Shown one piece after another: positions 37,593 to 50,475 of a stretch of DNA of 64,000 nucleotides. The stretch spans positions 1,550,001-1,614,000 of the forward strand of contig ML978124.1 of NCBI GenBank assembly GCA_010015805.1, written 5' to 3'. Position 1 is the first letter of the stretch. Each line of letters starts with the position of its first letter. Position numbers and translations under genes: made by a program. The notes below the pieces were generated by a model. The model searched no databases, was not told the origin of the DNA, and saw only the letters and a list, made by a program, of their open reading frames with translations. This DNA comes from Rhizodiscina lignyota (taxonomy: Eukaryota).

Positions 37593-39107
37593 ATGGTCAC
37601 CAGAGCTTCTCGAGCGGCAGCGCAAGGCCGACTGTCCCTCATTCAGCGACATTTTGAGCCTCTCGAGCCACGACCGCTACTACCACTCAACACTCCCTTT
37701 TCCACCGAACGGTCTTCGAGGCGCGACGACGATATAGTGTTAAAATCGCGGAAAAGGGAAGAGAAAGAGCCAGAGATACAAAAGGTCACGCTTACGGACA
37801 AGCAAACGCAGACGGAAGAGAACATCGAAGAGCCCTCCGCCGAAATGTCGACTCAACCAGAGCACCCCGCGGTCCTTATTCCAGGCCCAGTCGAGTTTGA
37901 CGATGCCGTCTTACAGGCAATGGGCCATTACAGGTGAGCAACTTGCCATTGACCTCGGAATTCATCTCACACTGCTATAGTGAACCGCACACTGGCGCTC
38001 CGTTCGTCAACTGCTTCGGCGACACCCTCTCCATGCTTCGCAAGCTCTTTATAACCGAAGACCCTGCATCCCAACCCTTTGTTCTTTCTGGATCTGGCAC
38101 TCTTGGGTGGGACCAGGTTGCCACAAACCTTGTAGAACCTGGAGATAATGTGCTGGTCCTCCATACCGGCTACTTTGGAGACTCGTTCGCAGACTGCTTC
38201 GAATCGTACGGCGTCAATGCAACCCAATTGAAGGCACCAATTGGGGACCGGCCTCAATTGGATGAGATTGAAAAAGCGCTGAAGGAGAAGTCCTACAAGA
38301 TCATTACAGTCACGCACGTGGATACTTCAACTGGCGTTTTGAGCGAGTTGAAGTCGCTTTCGGAACTCGTACATAGGGTCTCTCCGGATACGCTCATCGC
38401 TGTTGATGGAGTCTGCAGCGTGGGTTGCGAGGAGATCCGCTTCGACGACTGGAAGCTAGACGTGGTCTTGACGGCGTCACAAAAGGCCATTGGCGTCCCT
38501 GCTGGCCTGAGTATTCTGATGGTGTCTGGTAAAGCAATGGACCGGTTCAACAGCAGGAAGTCGAGGCCCAATTCGTACTTTGCGTCATGGAAGAATTGGC
38601 TACCAAGTATGCTAGTCGCTGACAAGCTTTTGTATAACGATTGGGAATTGGACTAACAGAGGCACAGTCATGCAAAACTACGAAGCCAAGAAGCCGTCTT
38701 ACTTTGCTACGCCATCCCCACAGCTTGTTCACGCACTCCACACATCTCTCACGCAGATTTTGTCCAAGCCACTCGAGGAGCGTTTTGCTATCCACAAGGA
38801 GACGTCGCAGAAGATCAAGAAAGCAATTACCGAACTGGGCCTAAAGCAGATTCCGAAGAAGCCGGAAGACCAAGCCAATGGAATGACAACCATTTGGCTT
38901 CCAGGGGGGATGGCACCGCCTGAGATTCTGCCGAACCTAATGAAGAAAGGCGTCATTTTCGCAGGCGGTCTGCACAAAGAAATTGCGGCGAAGTACATCC
39001 GATTTGGACACATGGGTGTCAGTGTCACCGACCCTAAGCGCTCCGATATCGACCACGCAATTGCGGCGCTCAAGACCAGCCTTGCGGAGGTTGGCTACAA
39101 GAATTAA
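37593..39107 (+). CDS. AGX1: Alanine-glyoxylate aminotransferase (class V PLP enzyme) with optional 84-aa N-terminal extension (second ATG at 37845)
   Basis: Contains LIPGPVE, GSGTLGWD, THVDTSTGV, VDGVCSVG, TASQKAIG (PLP lysine), YFATP and IRFGHMG, with two introns. Confidence 0.93.
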
Positions 39108-39847
39108 GGCACAAGAAAGGATGTTCTCATGTTTTCATTTCGTGCATTGGATCTCCCTCGCTTGAGAGCGTGCATAAGAGGCGCGGGTACAAAAGTCTTG
39201 AAAAGCATTTACGCGTAGACTCGCGGAGTCATTGTGTAGATACATTTAGTGCATTCGCAGGCCTCGAAAATTCAATACATAGAGTTGGGTCATCGTGGAG
39301 GTCGTTCGTTAGACTTATTTTCAGTTCGATTGACCTGTCTCCGGGTCTTTTCAAACATATATTTCGTGAACAACTCGAGCGGAACAAAATGCTTTTCGAA
39401 CTCGACGGCTCGAAGCGCGAAAGTTGCTGGCCGCGTGCAACAGAGCCCGTATATATATAGAGCCACCACGACAAGCGCAGCCAGCAGTCGAACTCCAGAT
39501 CAAAAGCCAATCTCTCGCGTCCCTGAGTTTGATCCTCGGCAGTCTCAGAAAATCTCCTCGACCCCGGTCTCGTCACACCGTTCCTGAACGCCTCTTCGGT
39601 CTCGAACCAATCGTCTCTCCGAACGCGTGCTTAGCGCATACCCCCGGCCGCTAGCGCCGTTGCCCTGTAAACACTCGAACCACTCATCCCAGTGCTTCAT
39701 CAACCTGCGATCTGACACACTCGCGCTGACTTGCACCTTCAATTGACCTCCCAATCGCGCTTTCAACCTCGCCTATCGTCAAGAATACACCTACGCGGCC
39801 ATTGCGATCGAGAACAGGGGAATTGGAAAGAATAAGGCACCATAAAC

Positions 39848-42054
39848 ATGCCGCGACGCACACGCGCAGCCATGCGCGCCGAGGGCATCCTGCCCGACTT
39901 GATCGACTCGGAGAACGTAAAGCTTGTCGATGAGGCTGTGAATAAGCCGTTACCAACCACGCCTACTCAGGAGGAGAGATCACCCCTTGCGGAAGTCGAT
40001 TCGAACAGTGTCGACGGCGCTGTTGTTGATCCAGAATCTGGCGCGCTTGACCGAATCGACGAGGCGGAAGAGAAGGACATGGGAGGTAAAAAGGGAAAGA
40101 GTGGGAAGAAGAAGACACAGAAGACTAAGAAGGGTGGAAAGAATGCGGCGAAAACAAAAGAAGAGAGTGTAGGAGACGGCGGTGTTGCGCTTCCGCAGCA
40201 GGGCGAGGTCGCATCAGACGAGGCTCCTCAGGTGGCAGAAGCAGATAACACCGTTGAAGAGCCTATCAAACAACAAGACCCTGGTATGTTCGTTAACGTG
40301 TTTTCGTGTCAATAAAAGCTAACCTTTCGATAGCTTCGGGCACAATCCAAGACACTCGACCATCATCGCCAGAAGCTCCTATCACTCGGTCAACAAGAAG
40401 TCAGAGGGCAAAACAGGAGGATTTAACGTTTCCTAACCTTCAAGAGCTATCCATGGCGCCAGAACCGAAGGTGTTGAAACAAGAGGGCTTAGTCCCAACC
40501 ACTGTACAAGGAGGCGACGCTTCTGAAGACATGTCACAAGGGCCGCAAGATCCGTCTCACAATGATGCACACGGCACAACGGCTCAATCAGAGAACCAGG
40601 ACGACGCATCTGGTACCAACACCCCAGCCAAGGACTGGGGTTCAAATACCGATACGCTCACTGTTGAAGCTGGACTCTCGGTGGTGTCTTCAAAGACCAA
40701 TACACCAGCTCCCCTATCATCTCAAGGTACACCAAAGCCGGCGTTGCGCCCCGAGGACTCTATCGACGCGCTGGATGCTCTTGAAGATGCCCTCGACCAA
40801 GTAGGCAAGAGCCTACAGAAACTTGATGTCCCACTCTCACCAGAGAAGCCAAAGCACAAGCACGAGCAGGATGAGGAGAGATGGCAACGACTTTCGAAGG
40901 AACGCGCTGCGAGTATGCTTCTACACGAGCAATTTGACACGAGTGCGCGAAATCGACCCACTGGCCAAAAATTGTCCACTGTTCTCAAAGCTCGCAATGC
41001 GGCACTCTCCCGGATTACCAATGGGGCCTCCAAATTGACGGCAAGTTCGAGTAACAAGCCGACGAGCACTCTTGGTCGCAGTGCCAGCGTCCGTGCTGCT
41101 CCTTCTAAACCGACGTCCATCGCTGAGAAATCGTCCAAGCCAACGGCTCCTTCTACAAAGGAAAACGACAACAAAACAACAGACTACCTTGCTTCTCGTC
41201 GTCGGCCCATCAGTCTTCAATTTCCCACCCCGCCACCGCCACCCAAGTCCAACAAAGTACCAACCCGTCCAACATTTCAATTACCCGGCGAAGCAATTGC
41301 AGCGAAACTAAAAGCAGCGCGGGAAGAGCGCCTGAAACGGGAGGAAGAGGAGGTTCAGAAACGAAGAGAGTTCAAAGCACGACCAAATCGGAACAGTATG
41401 CAGCCCTCTATGCCGGTCAAGCAGACTGCTTCGTCGAGGGCTCGACAGAGTCTCATCAATGGCGAGAGCATTTCTTCGAGCGCGACTGGCAGCAATAAGG
41501 AAAATATGAGCATCAAGCGAGCAACCTCGGTCCGCGAAGCGAATGTTACGAAGCGTCTCTCGACCGCTGCTATGAGCGCTGCGGCGAAGCGTGCTTCTGT
41601 TGTGGCGACGCCGTCATCGAGCAGCAGCATCTCGAATCCCAAGCCTCGAACTGGCACTGACAACACAGCTAAGCGCGCATCTGTCATCGCAAACACCTCC
41701 AAGTCACGCAACGCCTCCGTCGGTCCGACTACTTCAGCCACAGCCACCGCTCCTGCAGCTGCGACCACGAAGGCCACGGTGACTGCGGCAGACGTCGTGA
41801 CACAGCGAGCCAAGGCACGCGAGATCTTCAACCGTGACAAAGTCGAGAAGGAACAGCGAGAGAAGGAGCGCAGAGAGAAGGAGGATGCCGCGAAGAAGGC
41901 AAGGGCCGAGGCGGCAGAGAGAGGCAGGCAGGCGAGCCGGGAGTGGGCTGAGAAGCAGAAGAAGCTCAAGAAGGAGAGGGCCACGGCATTGGCAAAGCTG
42001 ACAGGCGGCCCCGAGAGCGGCGATCCTGAGAAGCTGAGGCTGCCCGCGCTTTGA
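39848..42054 (+). CDS. Conserved-type fungal coiled-coil/disordered protein with TPX2-like FKARP motif (2 exons)
   Basis: ORFs 39848 and 40306 are joined by a GT-AG intron (~40285-40333). Motifs include ERSPLAEV, DSIDALDALED, FQLPGEAIAAKLK, RREFKARP and C-terminal KKARAEAAERGRQASREWAE. Confidence 0.8.
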
Positions 42055-43146
42055 GTTGATACGGCAGTCTGGTTTACTCTGGCGGAGCACACTGGGATGG
42101 GACCCTGTTTGGAAATGGCGCTTCAGTTGGATCGCTTGTTGGCATTTTGGTTTGGATTGAGGCTCAACACTGGGGGCTTCACAAGTTTGCTTTGATATTG
42201 CTATCTCAGTTCTTCAGCGAGGAGTACAGGCGTACTACTACCACTTGTAATTGCTTTGAAGGCAGTCTTTTCAAAAATTAGTAGCTATGCCACATTAGCA
42301 ATAGAATCAATGGACGACCATTGGTGCGCTTTTTCTTCACCTGCGTCAGGAGGATGTGTTCCAGAATAACCGCAGCCCACACTTGCAGTTTGCGCGACCT
42401 TGCCAAAATGTTTGGATTTCGTCGCTTTACCTATGCTGTTCTCTTTCTGCAACTCTCAATTCTCTACCATCACTGCGCAATCCTACAGTGTCTCTGTTGT
42501 GGCTTTTGTGTCTACAGGGTCGGATGTGCTTAGAGAGCTCGGGCATATCTTGGACGAAGTGCGGGACCAAGCTTTCTTCGCACCATGTCTTATGTAAATC
42601 ATTACAAAGGACTCGGCTTCGAAGGACGACATGGCTGCCGAACTAGACCGAGACCGAGTCGTATTTCTGTCGATACTCCAGGCTGTATTGACGACGCGTC
42701 CGTCTGTTCGAGGTGGCGGTTTTCACCGTTCGCTTCCTCCGCTGACACAGAGGACAAAGGTCAATAACGTAAGCTAGGTGTAGCCAATCACAAGCAGAGG
42801 GATTTTTGTCTTGCAGAACTCGCCCAGAACTTGGTTGGGCTGTTCGTTCATGAGGAACTGGTGCTTTCGTAGTCTCTCGCGGTGGCTTGAGATGCACGAA
42901 GATCACAGGTTGCGTTGAACAGATGTGAGTCAAATTGGCTTTGAAATCGCCGATAGGTGGTTTCGATTGCATGAGGGGACAGGAATGTTGCGTAGACAAG
43001 GCTGGCCTACGAAGAGGTATAAACAGGACTTCAGGTGATGGTACTCAGACGCAGATTTCAAGACGTTGCGGTCAATTTTCAATCCTCACAGTCTATCTTC
43101 CTAGTCTCCCTCTTTATCTCTGTTCTCAGTCTTGTCGAATATCAAT

Positions 43147-44306
43147 ATGGCCCCTAAACTCATTGTGATTGTTGGCATTACTGGCAATCAGGTAAGGCTG
43201 TACAGAAGTCATTATGAAAACCAGATTGGATGGGCAAACTGACGTCTGCGTAGGGTGCCTCTGTCGCCGACGCGTTCGTCGATGATCCCGAATGGAAAAT
43301 TCGGGGAATTTCTCGCGACCCTGAAAAAGCTTCTAGCAAAGTATGGAGCGACAAAGGCGTCGAGATGGTTGCCGCCGACTTGAATGATGTCGAAAGCCTG
43401 AAGGTAGCCTTCAAAGGCGCGAATGTCATCTACGGCATTACGGACTTTTGGGCGGCTGCCAGCGATCCTGCGATCTATGCCCGAGCCGAGCAGGAGGGCG
43501 TGCTAGTCAACAAGCTGCTCTACGAGACTGAGATGCAACTTGGCAGGAATGTTGTCGACGCCGCGGCCAGCACTGTCGATACGCTTGACCTGTTCGTGTG
43601 GTCCACGCTTTCGCAGACCTCGAAGTGGAGTAACGGTACGATCACCGATAATTTCCATTTTGAAGCGAAGCAAGGCGGAATGCAGCAGCTTCAAAAGTAT
43701 CCTGAGCTCCTCAAGAATACCTCTTTCATGATGGTCGGCATGTTCATGACGAACTGGAAAACTGGAGAGTTCATGCAACCCCACAAAGTGCGTATAGAAT
43801 TCTGATCGCCTTGGTCCATTAGATTAACCTGGTTCCTTGCAGAAAGACGATGGCACCTGGTATTTCCGACTTCCAATGCGGCCGGAGTCCAAATTGCCCT
43901 TCGTCAATCCTCGTTGGGATGTCGGTGGCTGCGTCAAGGCACTCACCCAAGTCCCACCAGGGAAGACGCTGCTCGGCGTGGCTGAATGGGCTACTGGGAA
44001 GGACTACGCAGAAGAATGGGGTAAGGCGAACGGTGTTACATGTACATATGAGCAAGGCACATACGAAGAAGTGGACGCAGCCATGCCTGGCGGAATCGGT
44101 CATGAGCTTGCCGAGATGTTCAGGTTTTTCGATACCTTCGGGTATACTGGGGGAGATCCAGATGTTATTGAACCCAAGGATGTCAGTACTATTGTCTCTC
44201 CATTAGCTGTTCGATTGCTGACCAGTCCATCCAGCTGCCTGTGAAGGTCCATACTACACCGTTGGCAGAGTACATGGAACGGGAGGACTGGTCTCAGTTC
44301 CTGTGA
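43147..44306 (+). CDS. NmrA/HSCARG-like NAD(P)-binding atypical SDR (4 exons)
   Basis: MAPKLIVIVGITGNQ|GASVA (GxxGxxG) is followed by IRGISRDP, VAADLND, TDFW, HFEAK and DVG. Confidence 0.9.
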
Positions 44307-45670
44307 TGTCTGTTATCAATGCTGCGGATGCCATTGAGAGCGAGTTCCATCTTCGTGGGCCTCCGGGATTTGAGTGCTCCACAGAAGGTAGATTGGATTG
44401 TCAGATGATTCTCACGCCAGATAGGTATCAGAAAATGAATGAAGCAAGAAGTTGACACAACTTTCGGAACCACCCAATCCCTGACCGCAAGCACGTGGTC
44501 ATCCTTACTCGGAAGCAAAGAAGCGGGGGTAAAGATTCGCATGTTAATGCAGCTTTAGGAGATCTGTGGCTATCAAACTCATCATAGCCCGAAAGTGTCG
44601 AATGCGCTACGATACCGGGAAGGAATTAGAGATATGCTGCCGCGGCTGGCGCACCACGTCCCCAATATTGCATGCGCTCGCCGACTGAGCTTACTCGTAG
44701 CCATCAGCAGGCCAGAACAGGCCGCCTTTACCACATACCTATCAGAGGCTCTCATCTTGTATCACCTGCGGTCGCGATATACTATTCACGGAGCAATCGG
44801 AAGGGGAGTCGCTCCGGCTCTCATTCTCGCTCCCTCCCTTCGTCGCTGGATAAGAATGCCTGATTTGGTTATGCGGGCAGCTCAGCCTATCCCCGATCAG
44901 GCGTATATCGAATCGGACAGCTCTCACACCCCACCGCGAGCTCACAGAGCGCCTCGTTCTTTTTCCCTTTTGCGTGCAACAATTGCAACATGGCGGGCTT
45001 GCGCAAACACGCCTCGAACATTCCAAATCTCCCTACCTGCGCTGCTATCGTTAAAGGCCGCGAGCTAGCCGCGAGCGAGACCCTCTGAGCGATTAAAATA
45101 CACCCCGCAGGCGAGCGACCAGTCTGCTTCCGGTGCGATGGTAGACATGTTTTGCAGCTTCTCGCGCGGATTATGGCGTGCCGCGCATCTCCCCGCTTTA
45201 CGTACAGCAGTACCAATGCACGCGATAAGACGTCTACCAATCCAAGGAGCTGGATGCAGCTACTTCTACTCATAGCTTGCTCGTACCTCCAGCTAGGGTG
45301 CGAATGTGTACATGAAGCATGTCATATATTTGTAGTTAAAGAGAGTGTGCTTCCCCCTTCCTTTCTTTCGCCCTCAGACAGCATCAATTGACTCCTCCCC
45401 CCGCTGTCATCATCGCTCCTTCCGCAGGACGGCTGGATTTGCTTTCCCACCTTCCACAGCCCAATGAGAGAGATTTAGAAATTAATTCTCGCTTCACAGC
45501 GCATTTCTGTCAATCCGCCCTCGAGCTGTGGCGCCTACAATAGCTTGCTGTTTCTTCGGCTCCTTTGGCAGGTTGCATGACTCTATTCTCGTTGGCAATC
45601 TGAATTCATCCCGTACTTGATTTTCATTCCAGCAACGAGGACCCTCGCCCCTCGGTTTGCAGAAATTGGC

Positions 45671-47269
45671 ATGGAGAACATGGGGTGGCTACTCCTCCAA
45701 GCGGCTTTGGTGTCTTTACTCGCCATCTATCTTGCCTTCAGCAAGCACGCCCGCGAAGCTGTGCTTCGCCGTCTGCCTCTCCGAAGGAGACGCGACTCTG
45801 GTGCGCGTACGCCTCCAAGGTCGTTGACTCCCGACGTCAAGGAGAAGGATGCCATTCCAGCACCTGACTACCGAAATGTCTTCCCCCCGTCCAGGCGGTG
45901 TGCTTTTCGGGAGTGCCATCATGATGTCGCGGCGAAGCTAAACAAGTCGCCAGAGGAACTTGCGGAATCGCCAGCAGACTCTCGTGACCGCTGCGTTATT
46001 ATCGATCAACCCTTCCATGAGGCGGACCCGTCAAGATACACTTGCACCGAGTTTTCCGTTGAGGAGATCAGGGCTCTGGGTGACTTTCCCGATTATGCTG
46101 CTCTTAGCGGAGTGCCACTTCCCAAGCCGTACGAGGATTTCGACATCACCAAGGCTAAACCGCGTCCTTATCGACCTTTCCGATGGGCGTACCATCAGAC
46201 CATGTCTCTCACGAAAATGGAGCCAGACTGGTGGTTGGAGCTTGAGAGTACCTATGTCGAGCGTATTCATCAGCGTCGGGAGCTCTACAAGAAGTACGGC
46301 AAGAGTGTTCTGGATAATTTGCCAGGCTCCGAGCTTGCTTGCAAGGAGCTCATGGAAATGTGCCTTGCATTCGTCGTGGCGCGATATCCCCAGCACTTCG
46401 AGCTGGACAAGGAGAAGATGCTCTTCCACAACCGCCTCCTGAACACGACGTCAAAGTTGAAGGAAGAAGAGCCGCTCCACGTGATTTTGAACAATATTCC
46501 TGAGGATTTCGCAATCATGCTCCGCGACGCCGAGACCGGGGGCTATGTCTTCCGTGCCGGCGTGATCTGTAGCTCCTTAGGCTGGAACCTGGGTACGAAG
46601 ATGGGGATGAAGCTGTATGAGATCCACGAGCCGATTCCGGACTATAAAGAGAAGATGCAGTTTTCTATGGATCGGTGCGTCTGCTACTGTCGCGGTGCGT
46701 GACTTTACACATATGGAAGCTGATGAATTTAGTTATTTCGCGAAGAAACCGACCGATAAGGCCATCCAACGAGGTTCTTGGGGCCTCGAAGTTGATCAGC
46801 CCCTGTTCATGCCTCCTGGTGACCCTCATGAGCAGCACCGAGGTGAGTAAACTCGGTGTCTTTTACTTTGCGTGAGATACTGACATTGCCTGTTCCAGGC
46901 GTCCAACACGAGGATCTCGAGTTGTCCAGGCTCAACCTTAGAGTAGACTGGCAGACACTACGCCGTCTGCCGCTTTCGGGAGCTGTTATCTTCAACTTCA
47001 AGGGGCTTTTCACGCCTGTCGAAGAATTCCGTGATGAGCCTTACATTCCAAGTCTCTTGCTCAAGGTCCTCCGCGACGGTAAGAGGAGTCTTATGGAGTA
47101 CAAGAATACCTGGCACACGGAGCACAAGGTCATTCCGGCAATGGAGGCCTATCAGAAGGAGCAGATCGAGAAGGGATTGATTGCAGCCAACTGGGAGCCT
47201 CACACGCTCGAAGAGAGTCCGTTCTTCCCAGGCTGGGAGGAGAAATGGCATCGCCAACAAGGTTACTAA
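45671..47269 (+). CDS. DUF3445 / heme-dependent oxidative N-demethylase alpha-subunit-like protein with N-terminal membrane anchor (3 exons)
   Basis: Contains PRPYRPFRW, MSLTKMEPDWW, EDFAIM, IHEPIPDY, RGSWGLE, LRVDWQTLRRLPLSGAVIF and C-terminal WHRQQGY. Confidence 0.8.
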
Positions 47270-48191
47270 ATTCCATTTTATCGGCAGGTGTTAGCTTTTG
47301 TGCTTCCAAGACGTCTGTTATTGCATCTAAAAAAGGAATGATGTTTCGGAAGGGTTGGCATGGATTTCATCGGAAGCGATTGATCGAGGCATATCCTACT
47401 CTAGCTGGCTTACCTCATCTACCGTTGCATACCCAGGCTCACCTTACATAAACCAAAGACTTGACCTCATACCCTACTTACTACCGCTAGAATTCAACCT
47501 TGCCGTTCTTCGCAAGCTGTCCCAAAATGAAAATTGAGACCTCCACCCTCTTTGCCCGACGGGTTTCTCCCGGCGGCGTTGCACAGGGCGCCGCTCCACC
47601 GCCAACGCTAATTTAGCAATCCCAAGCTGAGAGAGGCTCAATTTCGTTGTGCAGCGCACAATTACCCCTGTGGCTCCCGCTCATCACATCCTCACGCTCT
47701 CATGCGTCAGAAGCGCTCCTGTGGCTTGTTATAGGCTACAACAGCAGCAGCTTCTCCGTCGGGATCGTGCCAGTGGCTCTCCACTTCGGGACTTCCCCCG
47801 CTTTGGTTGCTCCGCACGGCACATTGCTGGGTATATCGACTAGCATTTCTACAATAGGGCAATCGGGCTAACCTACGCATTTACTGTTTTTTGCCAGTTT
47901 ATCGGGAAACTTTTCTGAAGGATCTCAAGCTGTCGGCTTCACCTTCATCTTCGTCTTACAGTCAGCTTTCTCATACAATAATAACTCCCGCAACAATCAC
48001 TGATTAACGAAGAGCGAGCCTGTACGATTTGCATTTAAGAGTTTCAATCTTTGGGGGTACGCATCTAGAGATCTTGCCGAGGTCTCATTCATCGTATATA
48101 TCCATTTCTGCCTCCAAAGCTCTCTCTACTTTCTCATCAATTATATTCAACTGTTCTGTATCTGTGATTTATTACGTGAAGTTGTTATACG

Positions 48192-50123
48192 ATGGAAAAA
48201 CGCCCGTGGCCGCAGGTCGAAAATAAGGACTTTGGGGATGCTGCTGTGGTTATCATAGGCGCCGGCATTGCTGGTGAGTGGTGAAACCACATATCATCCC
48301 GCCGGAGTGTATTGATGGCGCCACAGGCATGTGCACTGCGATTGATCTGATTCGAAAGAATAACTGCCGGAACTTCATCATCCTCGAGAGAGGAAGCGGC
48401 ATTGGGGGCACTTGGAACGACAATCGCTATCCGGTTCGATTTGAACATCATCGTGGGTTGGTAATCGAGGCTAATGATTAACAAGGGATGCTGTTGTGAC
48501 GTGCCGTCCATAATGTACTCTTTCTCGTTCGAACAGAATCCGAACTGGTCGAGAAAGTACCCAGGGCAAGAAGAGATCCTGGTTCGTGCCTCCTCTTTAT
48601 TACCTTGATAGATTGTCTAACTCTTAATAGAACCATCTTCACGCCATAGCAGAGAAATGGGGCTTATACAGGCATACAAGGTTCAACAGCGCCGCAACCG
48701 ATGCGCGCTGGGATGATGAGGAGATGAAGTGGAAGACGACAGTCAAGATATGTGGCGATAAGGACAGCGAGTACTCTTCAGGTTATACGATCACTTCAGA
48801 CTTCCTTGTGTCAGCTGTCGGTCAGTTGAATGAACCGAAAATGCCAAGTATCCCTGGTCTTGATAGTTTCAAGGGCAAGATAATGCACACTGCACGATGG
48901 GACTGGAGCTACGACCTCGAGGGAAAGAGGATTGCTGTTATTGGAAATGGTAATATCCTTGACACTGGATCCCTGAAGCAGTGTACTGATGCTATGCAGG
49001 TGCTACGGGCATTCAAGTCGTGCCCGAACTGGTCAAAGTTGCTTCGCATGTTACTCAATACATACGGACGCCTGGGTGGATCATCCCACGACTGGACACC
49101 TCAGTATCCACTCTGCAGCGGCTAGCGTATCAATATTCTCCGCCATTGCTGTGGCGTCATCGCGCAGAGATCTTCACTTGGATGGACAACACCTTCAAGA
49201 AAGTTGTCTGGAATCCCGAAAATCCCGAGTCGAAGATGGCGCGGCAGTGGAACAGAGCCCTTCTCCAAGCCACATGGCCGAAGGATGAAGAATTGTGGGA
49301 GAAGTTGACCCCGGATTACCCACCCGGCTGCAAACGCATTCTTTTCTCCGACGACTACTATCCGGCGCTCACGAAACCCAATTGCAGCTTGGAAATGCGT
49401 CCGATCTCACGCATCACGGAGAGCGGCATTGAGGTCGAGGGTGGTGATGTGGAAGAGTTCGACCTTATTGTCTGTGCCACTGGATTCCACGCAGGAGCCT
49501 ACTTCGTCCGTGCTATCGATGTCCAGGGTGAAGGTGGACGGCCTATCTCCGATATTTGGAGGCATTACCCGCAGGCTTTGTACGGCATATCCCTTGAATC
49601 GCTTCCCAACTTCGGAATGCTCTATGGGCCGAACACGAACCTCAATCATAGCAGCATCATCTTAATGATAGAAGCTCAGAGCAATTACATCAGCGGTCTT
49701 GTCGAGGAAGTTTTGTACGCGAAGAAGCTTGGCCTACCCCTCGCTATCACACCGAAGAAGGATAGGTTGGAAGAGTTCAATGAGATGGTGCAGGAGAAGC
49801 TCAAGGAAACTTCGTACTCACACCCGACGTGTAACTCTTGGTACAAGAGTCCTGACGGAAAGAGAGTCGTCGCAAACTGGTGTGGATCGGTCGTCGAATA
49901 CCAGACACAGCTCTCCAAGATTGCCTGGAGCGACTATGACGTCAAAGGAGCTGCTGCTGAAGTGGTACTTAAGGGTAAGAAGGAAAAGAAAATCGGAAGA
50001 GTCGTAGAGGAGACTATGGTGAGTAACATGGCTTTGGCGACTGGCGTCTTAGGTGCTGTGGCTGTGGTGGGAGGATGTCTTCTGCATGCGAATGGCTACC
50101 TGAGAAGGTTTCAGCGTAGATAG
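48192..50123 (+). CDS. Flavin-containing monooxygenase / type I Baeyer-Villiger monooxygenase with C-terminal hydrophobic tail (5 exons)
   Basis: Contains GAGIAG, GGTWNDNRYPGCCCDVPS, the fingerprint FKGKIMHTARW (FxGxxxHxxxW), GNGATGIQ, PGCKR, ATGF and PNFGMLYGPN. Confidence 0.93.
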
Positions 50124-50475
50124 TGTTGTTCGGAGACCATCGAGTGTGCGAGAGGGCTTTAGGATATATTCCTTTTAACACAGTGTATGTTTTTACAAAC
50201 AGATTTTAATTAACATACGTCGTACACATGCTCAGATTATTATACAAAAGGCGCGAGCTGAATTGTGGTTCGCCGTAGATTAGCCTTGTATTTGGCTAGG
50301 GTTCTGCTATGGTGCGCACAAGATCGAAAGTTCCACCCGACACCTCAGTGACTCCAGGGGTGTTGGAGACATCTGATATGCATGAGCAACCTTCATAAGC
50401 ATCCAAACACCTTCAGTTCTTGCCTGAAATGGTTCCCTTCTCAGTGCAACTATTTGTGAATCCGAAGACGACGAG

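Noticed and set aside
41355..42092. 245-aa antisense ORF
   Set aside because: It is an in-register shadow of the charged C-terminus of the 39848 gene.
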